The notes under the pieces were generated by a model. It was not told the DNA's origin. It made no database searches and was given only the letters and a program-made list of their open reading frames with translations. A DNA stretch of 64,000 nt, from NCBI GenBank assembly GCA_963798255.1, contig CAWCSM010000007.1, positions 364,274 through 428,273 of the forward strand, written 5' to 3'. A program made the position numbers and the translations under genes. This document shows positions 56,192 through 64,000 of the stretch, piece after piece. The first letter of the stretch is position 1; each line of letters starts with the position of its first letter. This DNA comes from an uncultured beta proteobacterium. GTDB lineage: Bacteria > Pseudomonadota > Gammaproteobacteria > Burkholderiales > Burkholderiaceae_C.

Positions 56192-58866
56192 GCCGGCGCC
56201 ACCGCGTCGAGCAGTTCGCTTTCGATCTGCAATTGTTCACGCGACCGTTGCAGCGCCGCGCCGTCGACCAGGAAGGTGTCCTCGACCCGTTCGCCCAGCG
56301 TGCTGACCTTGGCCAGGTGCAGGTTGACTTCGTGGCGGGCGAGCACGCGCGCAATACCGTACAGCAGCCCCGAGCGGTCGCTGGCGCTGATCGTCAGCAG
56401 CCAGCGCTGCGCGCGTTCGTCCGGTTGCAGCGTGACGCGTGGCGTGACCGGGAACGAGCGCACGCGCCGCGACACGCGCCCGCGGCCAGGCTCGGGCAGG
56501 GCGCCGGTCGATGCCAGCGCGGTGGCCGCCTGTGTCTCGACGAGCGAGATCAGGTCGCGATAGGCGGCTGCCGAGCCCGGCTCCATGCGCGTGCTGACGA
56601 CCTGGAAGGTGTCCAGCGCGTAGCCGGCGCGGGTGGTGTGCACCTTGGCATCGAGCACGCTGAAGCCGGCGCTGTCGAAGTAGCCGCAGATGCGGGCGAA
56701 CAGGTCGGGGCGGTCGGGCGTGAAGACCACCACCTGCAAGCCCTCACCGACCGAGGAGACCCGCGCGCGCACGATCGGCACGCGGCTGTCCAGATGGCGC
56801 CACAGCGCGCGCGCATGCCAGGCGATGTCGGTGGCATCGTGGCGGGCGAAGTAACTCAGGTCGAGCGTGCGCCACAGCCGGTCCTCGCTGCCGGGCAGCG
56901 CACTGCCCAGCGCCAGCAGCTTGCGCGCCTCGCCCTTGCGTGCCTCGATCACCGCGGCGATGTTCGGCCGTGCCCCGCCGAGTGCGCGCAGCGTCAGGCG
57001 GTACAGGTCTTCCAGCAGCTTGCCCTTCCAGGCATTCCACACCTTCGGGCTGGTGCCGCGGATGTCGGCCACCGTCAGCAGATACAGCGCGCTCAGGCGC
57101 CGTTCGTTGCCCACCAGTCGTGTGAAGGCCATGATCACCTCCGGATCGCTGAGGTCTTCCTTCTGCGCGATGCGGCTCATCGTCAGGTGTTCGAGCACCA
57201 GGAACTCGATCAGCGCCGCATCGTCGCCGACGATGCCGTGGTCACGGCAGAAACGTCGCGCATCGGCGGCACCGAGGGTCGAGTGGTCGCCGCCGCGGCC
57301 TTTGGCCACGTCGTGGAACAGCGCCGCCACGTACAGCGGCCAGGGCTCGCCCCATTCGCTGGCCACCTGCGAGCAGAACGGATACTCGTGCGAGTGCTCG
57401 GGGATGAAGAAGCGGCGCAGGTTGCGCACCACCATCAGGATGTGCTGATCGACCGTGTAGACGTGGAACAGGTCGTGCTGCATGCGCCCGACGATGCGCC
57501 GGAAGACCCACAGGTAGCGGCCCAGCACCGAGGTCTGGTTCATCAGCCGCAGCGCGTGCGTCAGCCCTTGCGGCTGGCGCAGGATGTCCATGAACAGTTC
57601 GCGGTTGTAGGGGTCGCGCCGGAAATCGGCGTCCATCAGATTGCGCGCGTTGTACAGCGCGCGCAAGGTGCGCGCCGAAAAGCCCTTGATGCCCGGCGTC
57701 TGCTGATAGACCAGGAACGATTCGAGGATCGCGTGCGGGTGTGCGGCGAACAACCCATCGTGAGCCACCTCGAGCATGCCACCGCGATCGAGGAACTGCG
57801 CGTTGACCGGCCGCATCGGTGCCGTCTCCGAGCCGTTGACGCGTTCCTCGATGTTCAGCATCAGGATCTGGTTCAGCTGCGTCACCGCCTTGGCCGCCCA
57901 GTAGTAGCGGTGCATCAGCAGCTCCGACGAGCGCAATCCCTTCGTCGGCGCCAGGCCGAAGCTCTGTGCCACGGCCGTCTGCAGGTCGAACACCAGACGG
58001 TCTTCGCGCCGCTGCGCGACCAGGTGCAATCGCGCCCGGATGAGCTTCAGCGTGCCTTCGTGGCGCCGCAACTGGCTGACCTCGAACGGCGTGATGAGGC
58101 CCTTGTCGGCGAGTTCCTTCCAACTGCGCCCGAGTCCTGCCCCGCGCGCCACCCAGATGACGACCTGCAGATCGCGCAGGCCACCGGGGCTTTCCTTGCA
58201 GTTCGGCTCCAGCGAATACGGCGTGTCCTCGTACTTGGTGTGACGCTGGCGCATCTCGAGCGTCTTGCCGCGCAGGAACGCCTTCGCATCCATCGCCGCC
58301 TCGGTGGCCGCGCTGAACTCGCCGAACAGCACGCGCGAGCCGCACAGCAAGCGTGCCTCGAGCAGCGCGGTCTGCACCGTCAGATCGCTGCGCGCCATGG
58401 CCACGCACTCGGCCACCGTGCGCACCGAGGCGCCGATTTCGAGGCCGATGTCCCAGCAGGTGCGCGAGAAGCCTTCGATGGCCGCGCGCAGCCGCTGCTC
58501 GCGATCGGACACGGCGACACCGGCGCGGGTGGCCTCGAGTGCCTCACCGGCCGGCAGCAGCACCACGACATCGACGTCGGAGTAGGGGAACAGCTCGGCG
58601 CGACCGTAGCCGCCGACCGCCGCCAGCGCCGCGCCGTCGGGCATGCCGACGCGGGCCCACAGCTCGCTCAGCATGGCATCGACATGGCGCGTCAGCGCCT
58701 TCGTGAGCCGCGCCGCGGCGCGCACCGTGGGCCGCGAGCGCTCGAACTGCTCGAGCAGTGCCGCCTTGCCAGTCAGCACCCGCTCGCGCATGACCGCCAC
58801 ATGGGCCGGCGTCAGCACGGCGGCAGGTTCGCACCGCAACGCGAGCGCTGCACCGGTGGCAGACAT
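56188..58866 (-). CDS. glnD: [Protein-PII] uridylyltransferase
   Basis: [49 protein letters not shown] and two ACT domains. Confidence 0.96.
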   Translation of the reverse strand: MSATGAALALRCEPAAVLTPAHVAVMRERVLTGKAALLEQFERSRPTVRAAARLTKALTRHVDAMLSELWARVGMPDGAALAAVGGYGRAELFPYSDVDVVVLLPAGEALEATRAGVAVSDREQRLRAAIEGFSRTCWDIGLEIGASVRTVAECVAMARSDLTVQTALLEARLLCGSRVLFGEFSAATEAAMDAKAFLRGKTLEMRQRHTKYEDTPYSLEPNCKESPGGLRDLQVVIWVARGAGLGRSWKELADKGLITPFEVSQLRRHEGTLKLIRARLHLVAQRREDRLVFDLQTAVAQSFGLAPTKGLRSSELLMHRYYWAAKAVTQLNQILMLNIEERVNGSETAPMRPVNAQFLDRGGMLEVAHDGLFAAHPHAILESFLVYQQTPGIKGFSARTLRALYNARNLMDADFRRDPYNRELFMDILRQPQGLTHALRLMNQTSVLGRYLWVFRRIVGRMQHDLFHVYTVDQHILMVVRNLRRFFIPEHSHEYPFCSQVASEWGEPWPLYVAALFHDVAKGRGGDHSTLGAADARRFCRDHGIVGDDAALIEFLVLEHLTMSRIAQKEDLSDPEVIMAFTRLVGNERRLSALYLLTVADIRGTSPKVWNAWKGKLLEDLYRLTLRALGGARPNIAAVIEARKGEARKLLALGSALPGSEDRLWRTLDLSYFARHDATDIAWHARALWRHLDSRVPIVRARVSSVGEGLQVVVFTPDRPDLFARICGYFDSAGFSVLDAKVHTTRAGYALDTFQVVSTRMEPGSAAAYRDLISLVETQAATALASTGALPEPGRGRVSRRVRSFPVTPRVTLQPDERAQRWLLTISASDRSGLLYGIARVLARHEVNLHLAKVSTLGERVEDTFLVDGAALQRSREQLQIESELLDAVAPA

Positions 58867-58875
58867 CGCGTGCGC

Positions 58876-59679
58876 TCAGCCGCCGACGAATTCCGGCGGG
58901 CGCGGGCTGCCCGCCGAATGCGTCAGCACCTCGTAGCCAGTGTCGGTGACCAGCACGGTGTGCTCCCACTGCGCCGACAGCGAGCGGTCCTTGGTGACGA
59001 TCGTCCAGCCGTCGCCGAGTTCGCGGATGTCGCGGCGCCCGGCGTTGATCATCGGCTCGATGGTGAACACCATGCCGGGTTGCAGGGTGTCCAGCGTGCC
59101 CGGGCGGCCGTAGTGCAGCACCTGCGGTTCCTCGTGGAACTTGCGGCCGATGCCGTGGCCGCAGAACTCGCGCACGATCGAAAAGCCCTGGTTCTCACCG
59201 AAGGTCTGGATCGAATGGCCGATGTCGCCCAGCCGCGCCCCGGGCCTGACCTTGACGATGCCCTTCCACATCGCTTCATAGGTCAGCTGGCACAGCCTTT
59301 TCGCGGCGATCGAGCCCTCGCCGACGATGAACATGCGGCTGGTGTCGCCGTGCCAGCCGTCCTTGATGACGGTGACGTCGATGTTGACGATGTCGCCGGC
59401 CTTCAGTGGCCGCTCATTCGGGATGCCGTGGCAGACCTGGTGGTTGACCGAGGTGCAGATCGACTTCGGGTAGGGCGTGTAGCCCGGCGGGGCATAGTTC
59501 AGCGGCGCCGGCACGGCGCCCTGCACGTTCACGATGTGCTCGTGCGCCAGCTTGTCGAGTTGTTCGGTGCTGACGCCGGGTATCACATGCGCGGTCAGCA
59601 TGTCCAGCACTTCCGAGGCCAGGCGCCCGGCGATGCGCATGCCTTCGATGTCGGTGCCGGTTTTGAGGTTGATGGTCAT
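58876..59679 (-). CDS. map: Methionine aminopeptidase type I
   Basis: SVNHQVCHGIP, GWHGDTSR, CGHGIG, TIEPMIN and SAQWEHT. Confidence 0.97.
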   Translation of the reverse strand: MTINLKTGTDIEGMRIAGRLASEVLDMLTAHVIPGVSTEQLDKLAHEHIVNVQGAVPAPLNYAPPGYTPYPKSICTSVNHQVCHGIPNERPLKAGDIVNIDVTVIKDGWHGDTSRMFIVGEGSIAAKRLCQLTYEAMWKGIVKVRPGARLGDIGHSIQTFGENQGFSIVREFCGHGIGRKFHEEPQVLHYGRPGTLDTLQPGMVFTIEPMINAGRRDIRELGDGWTIVTKDRSLSAQWEHTVLVTDTGYEVLTHSAGSPRPPEFVGG

Positions 59680-59792
59680 AGCCTTCGATTATCCCATCGG
59701 CCAATAAAATGCGCGGCTTCGCTGCGGCCCGTGCGGGCCGTGTGCCATCCGGCGGCACCGCCGCCTAACCGCCCTCGATCACCTGCCATCGC

Positions 59793-62700
59793 ATGCCAGC
59801 CTCCGCCCACCCGTTGATGTGCTTCGAAGGCGGCAATGCGCTGTCACGCTTTCGTGCCCAGGCCTTGCTCGACCGCATCGCGGCGCTGCCGGACGTCGCC
59901 ACCCCGATCGTCACCATCAGTGCCCGATTCGTGCATTGGGCGCGCTGCGGGCAAGCGCTGGACGTCGCCAGCACGAATCGTCTGCAAGCGCTGCTGCACT
60001 ACGGCGAACCGGCCGCCGACGCAGCCGCCGGCGCGCGCGTGGTCGTGATGCCACGGCTGGGCACCGTGTCGCCGTGGTCCAGCAAGGCCACCGACATCGC
60101 GCACAACTGCGCCTTGCCGGTGCAACGCATTGAACGCTGCACCGAGTACACGCTGGTGGTGAAGCGCGGCTTGCTCGGCAGCAGGACCCTCGGCGCAGCC
60201 GAACTGCAGGCCGTGGCCGATGTGCTGCACGACCGCATGACCGAAAGCGTGGCCTTCGACCGCGAAGCCGCGCGCCATCTGTTCGACGAGCAGCCGGCGC
60301 CACCGCTCGAACGGGTGGATGTGCTCGGCGTCGGACGCACCGCGCTGGTGACGGCCAACACGCGCTTCGGCCTGGCGCTGAGCGACGACGAGATCGACTA
60401 CCTGATGGCTGCCTTCAGCGGCCTGCGGCGCAACCCGAGCGATGTCGAACTGATGATGTTCGCGCAGGCCAACAGCGAGCATTGCCGGCACAAGATCTTC
60501 AACGCCGCGTTCTGCATCGACGGGCTGGAGCAGCCGCTGTCGATGTTCGGCATGATTCGCCACACCGAAGCGACATCGCCGCAGTACACGATCGTCGCCT
60601 ACCACGACAACGCCGCGGTGATGGCTGGCGGCCCGGTGCAGCGCTGGCTGCCGCAGGGCTACACCAACGCGCCGATGTACACCGCGCGCGACGAGGTCGC
60701 GCACGTGCTGATGAAGGTGGAAACGCACAACCACCCGACCGCGATCTCGCCGTTTGCCGGCGCCGCCACCGGTGCCGGCGGCGAGATCCGGGACGAGGGT
60801 GCCACCGGCCGCGGTGCCCGGCCCAAAGCCGGGTTGACGGGCTTCTGTGTGTCGAATCTGCACCTGCCCGGTACCGACGAACCGTGGGAACACGCACCCG
60901 TCGGCAAGCCCGCGCACATTGCCAGCGCGTTGCAGATCATGCTCGACGGTCCGCTCGGCGGCGCCGCCTTCAATAACGAGTTCGGCCGGCCCAACCTGGG
61001 CGGTGTCTTTCGCGTCTTCGAGATGGACTTGGCCGGCGTGCGGCGCGGCTATCACAAGCCGATCATGATCGCCGGCGGCCTGGGCATCATCAGCGACGCC
61101 TTGACGCACAAGCTGCCCTTCGATGCCGGCACACTGCTGATCCAGCTCGGCGGGCCGGGCATGCGCATCGGCATGGGCGGCGGCGCGGCCAGCTCGATGG
61201 CCGCGGGCAGCAACACCGCCGCGCTCGACTTCGATTCGGTGCAGCGTGGCAACCCCGAGATGCAGCGCCGTGCACAGGAGCTCATCAACCACTGCTGGGC
61301 ACTGGGTGCGTCGAACCCGATTCTGGCCATCCACGACGTCGGTGCGGGCGGCATCAGCAACGCCTTTCCTGAACTGGTCGATGGCGCGATGCGTGGCGCC
61401 ACCTTCGATCTGCGCAAGGTCCCGCTGGAGGAGAGCGGCCTCGCGCCGAAGGAAGTCTGGTGCAACGAAAGCCAGGAACGCTACGTGCTGGCGTTGGCGA
61501 GCGATGCGCTGCCGATCTTCGCGGCGATGGCTGAACGCGAGCGCTGCCCGTTCGCCGTGGTCGGCGTGGTCGCCGCCGAACGGCAACTGGTGCTGGAAGA
61601 CGGCCCCGCCGGCGAGCGCTTCATCGACATGCCGATGGAGGTGCTGCTCGGCAAGGTGCCGAAGATGCGGCGCGACGTGACGCGTGTGCAGCGCAAGGAA
61701 GCCGCGCTCGACCTGACCGGCGTCGACTTGCAGCAGGTGGCCTTCGATGTGCTGCGCCACCCGAGCGTCGCCTCGAAGCGTTTCCTGATCACCATCGGCG
61801 ACCGCACGGTCGGGGGCCTGAGCCACCGCGATCCGATGGTCGGGCCGTGGCAGGTGCCGGTGGCCGACTGCGCGGTCACGTTGGCCGACTACGCCGGCTT
61901 TCGCGGCGAGGCGATGAGCATGGGTGAACGCACGCCGCTGGCCAGCCTGGATGCACCGGCCTCGGGGCGCATGGCGGTCGGCGAGGCGATCACCAACCTG
62001 CTCGCCGCGCCGGTGACGCTGGATCGCATCAAGCTCAGCTGCAACTGGATGGCGGCCTGCGGCGAAGCCGGCGAAGACGCCGCGCTGTACGACACCGTGC
62101 GCGCGGTGGCGATGGAGCTGTGTCCGGCACTGGGCATTGGCGTGCCGGTGGGCAAGGATTCGCTGTCGATGCGCACGCGCTGGGTCGACGCCGGCCAGGC
62201 CAGGCAAGTCATCGCGCCGGTGTCGCTGATCGTCAGCGCCTTCGCCACGCTCGACGATGTGCGCGGCACGCTGACGCCGCAGCTGCAAACGGAGGACAGC
62301 GCGCTGATCCTGGTCGACCTGGGGGCTGGGCGCCATCGCCTGGGCGGATCGATGCTGGCACAGGTGCTGGGCAGCTTCGGAAACGAGGTGCCCGATCTGG
62401 ACGACACCGATCGCCTGAGGGCACTGGTCGCGGCCGTCAACGACTTGCGCGCTGCCGGCCAGCTGCTCGCCTATCACGACCGCAGCGATGGTGGCCTGTG
62501 GGCCTGCGTGTGCGAGATGGCCTTTGCCGGCCATATCGGCGTCAGCCTGAACGTGGATCTTCTCGTCACCGAAGGCGATGGCATCGGCGACAGCCGCGCC
62601 GAGCACGGCGATTCGAAGAACTGGGCCGCGCAAATCGGCGAACGGCGCAGTGAGCTGACCTTGAAGGCGCTGTTCAACGAGGAACTCGGCGTCGTGCTGC

Positions 62701-63776
62701 AGGTGCCACGCGCGCAACGCGACGCGGCCATCGGCGTGCTGCGCGGGCACGGGCTCGGCCGCTGCAGCCATGTCATCGGCCAACCGAACGATCGGCGCGC
62801 CATCGAGGTCTGGCGCGACGCGAAGAAGGTCTTCACGTCGCCGCTGCGCGATCTGCAGCAGGCCTGGGACGAAACCAGCTGGCGCATCGCCCGACTGCGC
62901 GACAACCCGGCCTGCGCCGATGCCGAGCATGCGGCCGCAGGCCACGACGATGACGCCGGCTTGCATCTGCACCTGAGCTTCGATGCCACTAACGCCCCCG
63001 CGCTGCTGAAGACGCGCCCGAAGATGGCGGTGCTGCGCGAGCAGGGCGTCAACAGCCATGTCGAGATGAGCTATGCACTGGCGCAGGCCGGCTTCGATTG
63101 CTTCGATGTGCACATGAGCGACCTGCAATCCGGTCGCGCGCGCCTGGATATGTTCCAGGCGCTGGTTGCTTGCGGCGGCTTCAGCTACGGCGACACGCTC
63201 GGTGCCGGCGAGGGTTGGGCGCGATCGATCCTGTTCAACCCGGCGCTGGCCGAGATGTTCGCCGGCTTCTTCAACCGGCCCGACACGCTCGCGCTGGGTG
63301 TGTGCAACGGCTGCCAGATGATGGCCGCGCTGAGCTCGATCATTCCCGGCACGCAGGCGTGGCCGAAGTTCACGCGCAACAGGAGCGAGCAGTTCGAGGC
63401 GCGCCTGAGCCTGGTCGAGGTGCTCGACAGCCCGAGCCTGTTCTTCACCGGCATGGCCGGCAGCCGGCTGCCGATCGCGGTCGCGCACGGGGAAGGGTTC
63501 GCCGACTTTTCGCAGCGCGGTGATGCGAAGGGCGTGCGGCGCTCAATGCGCTTCGTGGACCACGCAGGGGCCGCCACACAGGCCTACCCCTTCAACCCCA
63601 ACGGCAGCCCCGACGGCCTGACCGCGGTGACCACCGACGACGGCCGATTTACCGCGCTGATGCCGCACCCCGAACGCGTGTTCCGCAATATCCAGATGAG
63701 CTGGACCGGCGCCGACACTGGCGCGCCGAGCCCGTGGATGCGCATGTTCCACAACGCGCGGCGTGCGCTGAGCTGA
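59793..63776 (+). CDS. purL: Phosphoribosylformylglycinamidine synthase (large single-chain)
   Basis: [42 protein letters not shown] and MPHPER. Confidence 0.97.
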   Translation: MPASAHPLMCFEGGNALSRFRAQALLDRIAALPDVATPIVTISARFVHWARCGQALDVASTNRLQALLHYGEPAADAAAGARVVVMPRLGTVSPWSSKATDIAHNCALPVQRIERCTEYTLVVKRGLLGSRTLGAAELQAVADVLHDRMTESVAFDREAARHLFDEQPAPPLERVDVLGVGRTALVTANTRFGLALSDDEIDYLMAAFSGLRRNPSDVELMMFAQANSEHCRHKIFNAAFCIDGLEQPLSMFGMIRHTEATSPQYTIVAYHDNAAVMAGGPVQRWLPQGYTNAPMYTARDEVAHVLMKVETHNHPTAISPFAGAATGAGGEIRDEGATGRGARPKAGLTGFCVSNLHLPGTDEPWEHAPVGKPAHIASALQIMLDGPLGGAAFNNEFGRPNLGGVFRVFEMDLAGVRRGYHKPIMIAGGLGIISDALTHKLPFDAGTLLIQLGGPGMRIGMGGGAASSMAAGSNTAALDFDSVQRGNPEMQRRAQELINHCWALGASNPILAIHDVGAGGISNAFPELVDGAMRGATFDLRKVPLEESGLAPKEVWCNESQERYVLALASDALPIFAAMAERERCPFAVVGVVAAERQLVLEDGPAGERFIDMPMEVLLGKVPKMRRDVTRVQRKEAALDLTGVDLQQVAFDVLRHPSVASKRFLITIGDRTVGGLSHRDPMVGPWQVPVADCAVTLADYAGFRGEAMSMGERTPLASLDAPASGRMAVGEAITNLLAAPVTLDRIKLSCNWMAACGEAGEDAALYDTVRAVAMELCPALGIGVPVGKDSLSMRTRWVDAGQARQVIAPVSLIVSAFATLDDVRGTLTPQLQTEDSALILVDLGAGRHRLGGSMLAQVLGSFGNEVPDLDDTDRLRALVAAVNDLRAAGQLLAYHDRSDGGLWACVCEMAFAGHIGVSLNVDLLVTEGDGIGDSRAEHGDSKNWAAQIGERRSELTLKALFNEELGVVLQVPRAQRDAAIGVLRGHGLGRCSHVIGQPNDRRAIEVWRDAKKVFTSPLRDLQQAWDETSWRIARLRDNPACADAEHAAAGHDDDAGLHLHLSFDATNAPALLKTRPKMAVLREQGVNSHVEMSYALAQAGFDCFDVHMSDLQSGRARLDMFQALVACGGFSYGDTLGAGEGWARSILFNPALAEMFAGFFNRPDTLALGVCNGCQMMAALSSIIPGTQAWPKFTRNRSEQFEARLSLVEVLDSPSLFFTGMAGSRLPIAVAHGEGFADFSQRGDAKGVRRSMRFVDHAGAATQAYPFNPNGSPDGLTAVTTDDGRFTALMPHPERVFRNIQMSWTGADTGAPSPWMRMFHNARRALS

Positions 63777-63818
63777 GGCGCGGCCTGGAAGGGATGCGGC
63801 CCGCCGCTGCCAGCGGGA

Positions 63819-64000
63819 TCAGGCGGCGGCCGCGGCAGCCACCGCCGCCGCCAGTTCGGCATGGTCGTGCGTCACCACGAACTGCGGAAACTGCGCCGTG
63901 ATGGCCGGGGGCGCGTGGATGAAAAAGCCCGCGTCGGCGGCCTTCAGCATGCCGGTGTCGTTGTACGAATCACCGGCCGCGAAGACGCGGTAGTTCAGGC
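63819..64000 (-). CDS. thrH: Phosphoserine phosphatase/homoserine phosphotransferase ThrH (C-terminal end only)
   Basis: Manual translation gives LNYRVFAAGDSYNDTGMLKAADAGFFIHAPPAITAQFPQF, a HAD motif IV typical of ThrH. Confidence 0.8.
   Translation of the reverse strand, partial: LNYRVFAAGDSYNDTGMLKAADAGFFIHAPPAITAQFPQFVVTHDHAELAAAVAAAAAA

Overview
GC-rich Betaproteobacterial (Burkholderiales-like) chromosomal window, mostly core metabolism: mfd, ispDF, an OmpR/EnvZ-type pair, relA, a TPP-riboswitch-controlled TonB receptor, a cysI-DUF934-cysH-cysD-cysN-cobA sulfate-assimilation operon followed by fdxA and an FNR, phasin phaP, rmuC, prlC, folD, a FixLJ-like pair divergent from aceE-aceF-lpdA, lapG-lapD, phaCAB, mnmH-glnD-map, purL and the 3' end of thrH. 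There are two accessory features. The first is a Phd/YefM-VapC toxin-antitoxin cassette between mfd and ispD, which reads as one fused ORF in this sequence. The second is a ~3.75 kb decayed integration hotspot between convergent tRNA-Val(GAC) and tRNA-Asn(GTT), holding two unrelated tyrosine integrases, an IS21 remnant and a gene fragment. The most interesting unannotated signal is a structured, CU-rich RNA in the phaP 3' region (minus strand, ~25645-25795). It has a perfect 13-nt complement to the Shine-Dalgarno/start region of aceE and shorter complements to the aceF and phaC RBSs, so it is a candidate 3'UTR-derived sRNA linking PHA granules to pyruvate dehydrogenase. Four single-base frameshifts (TA, sensor kinase, istA, phaB) suggest some indels are sequencing errors. 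No CRISPR array or rRNA was seen. All calls come from reading the sequence; no database search was run.
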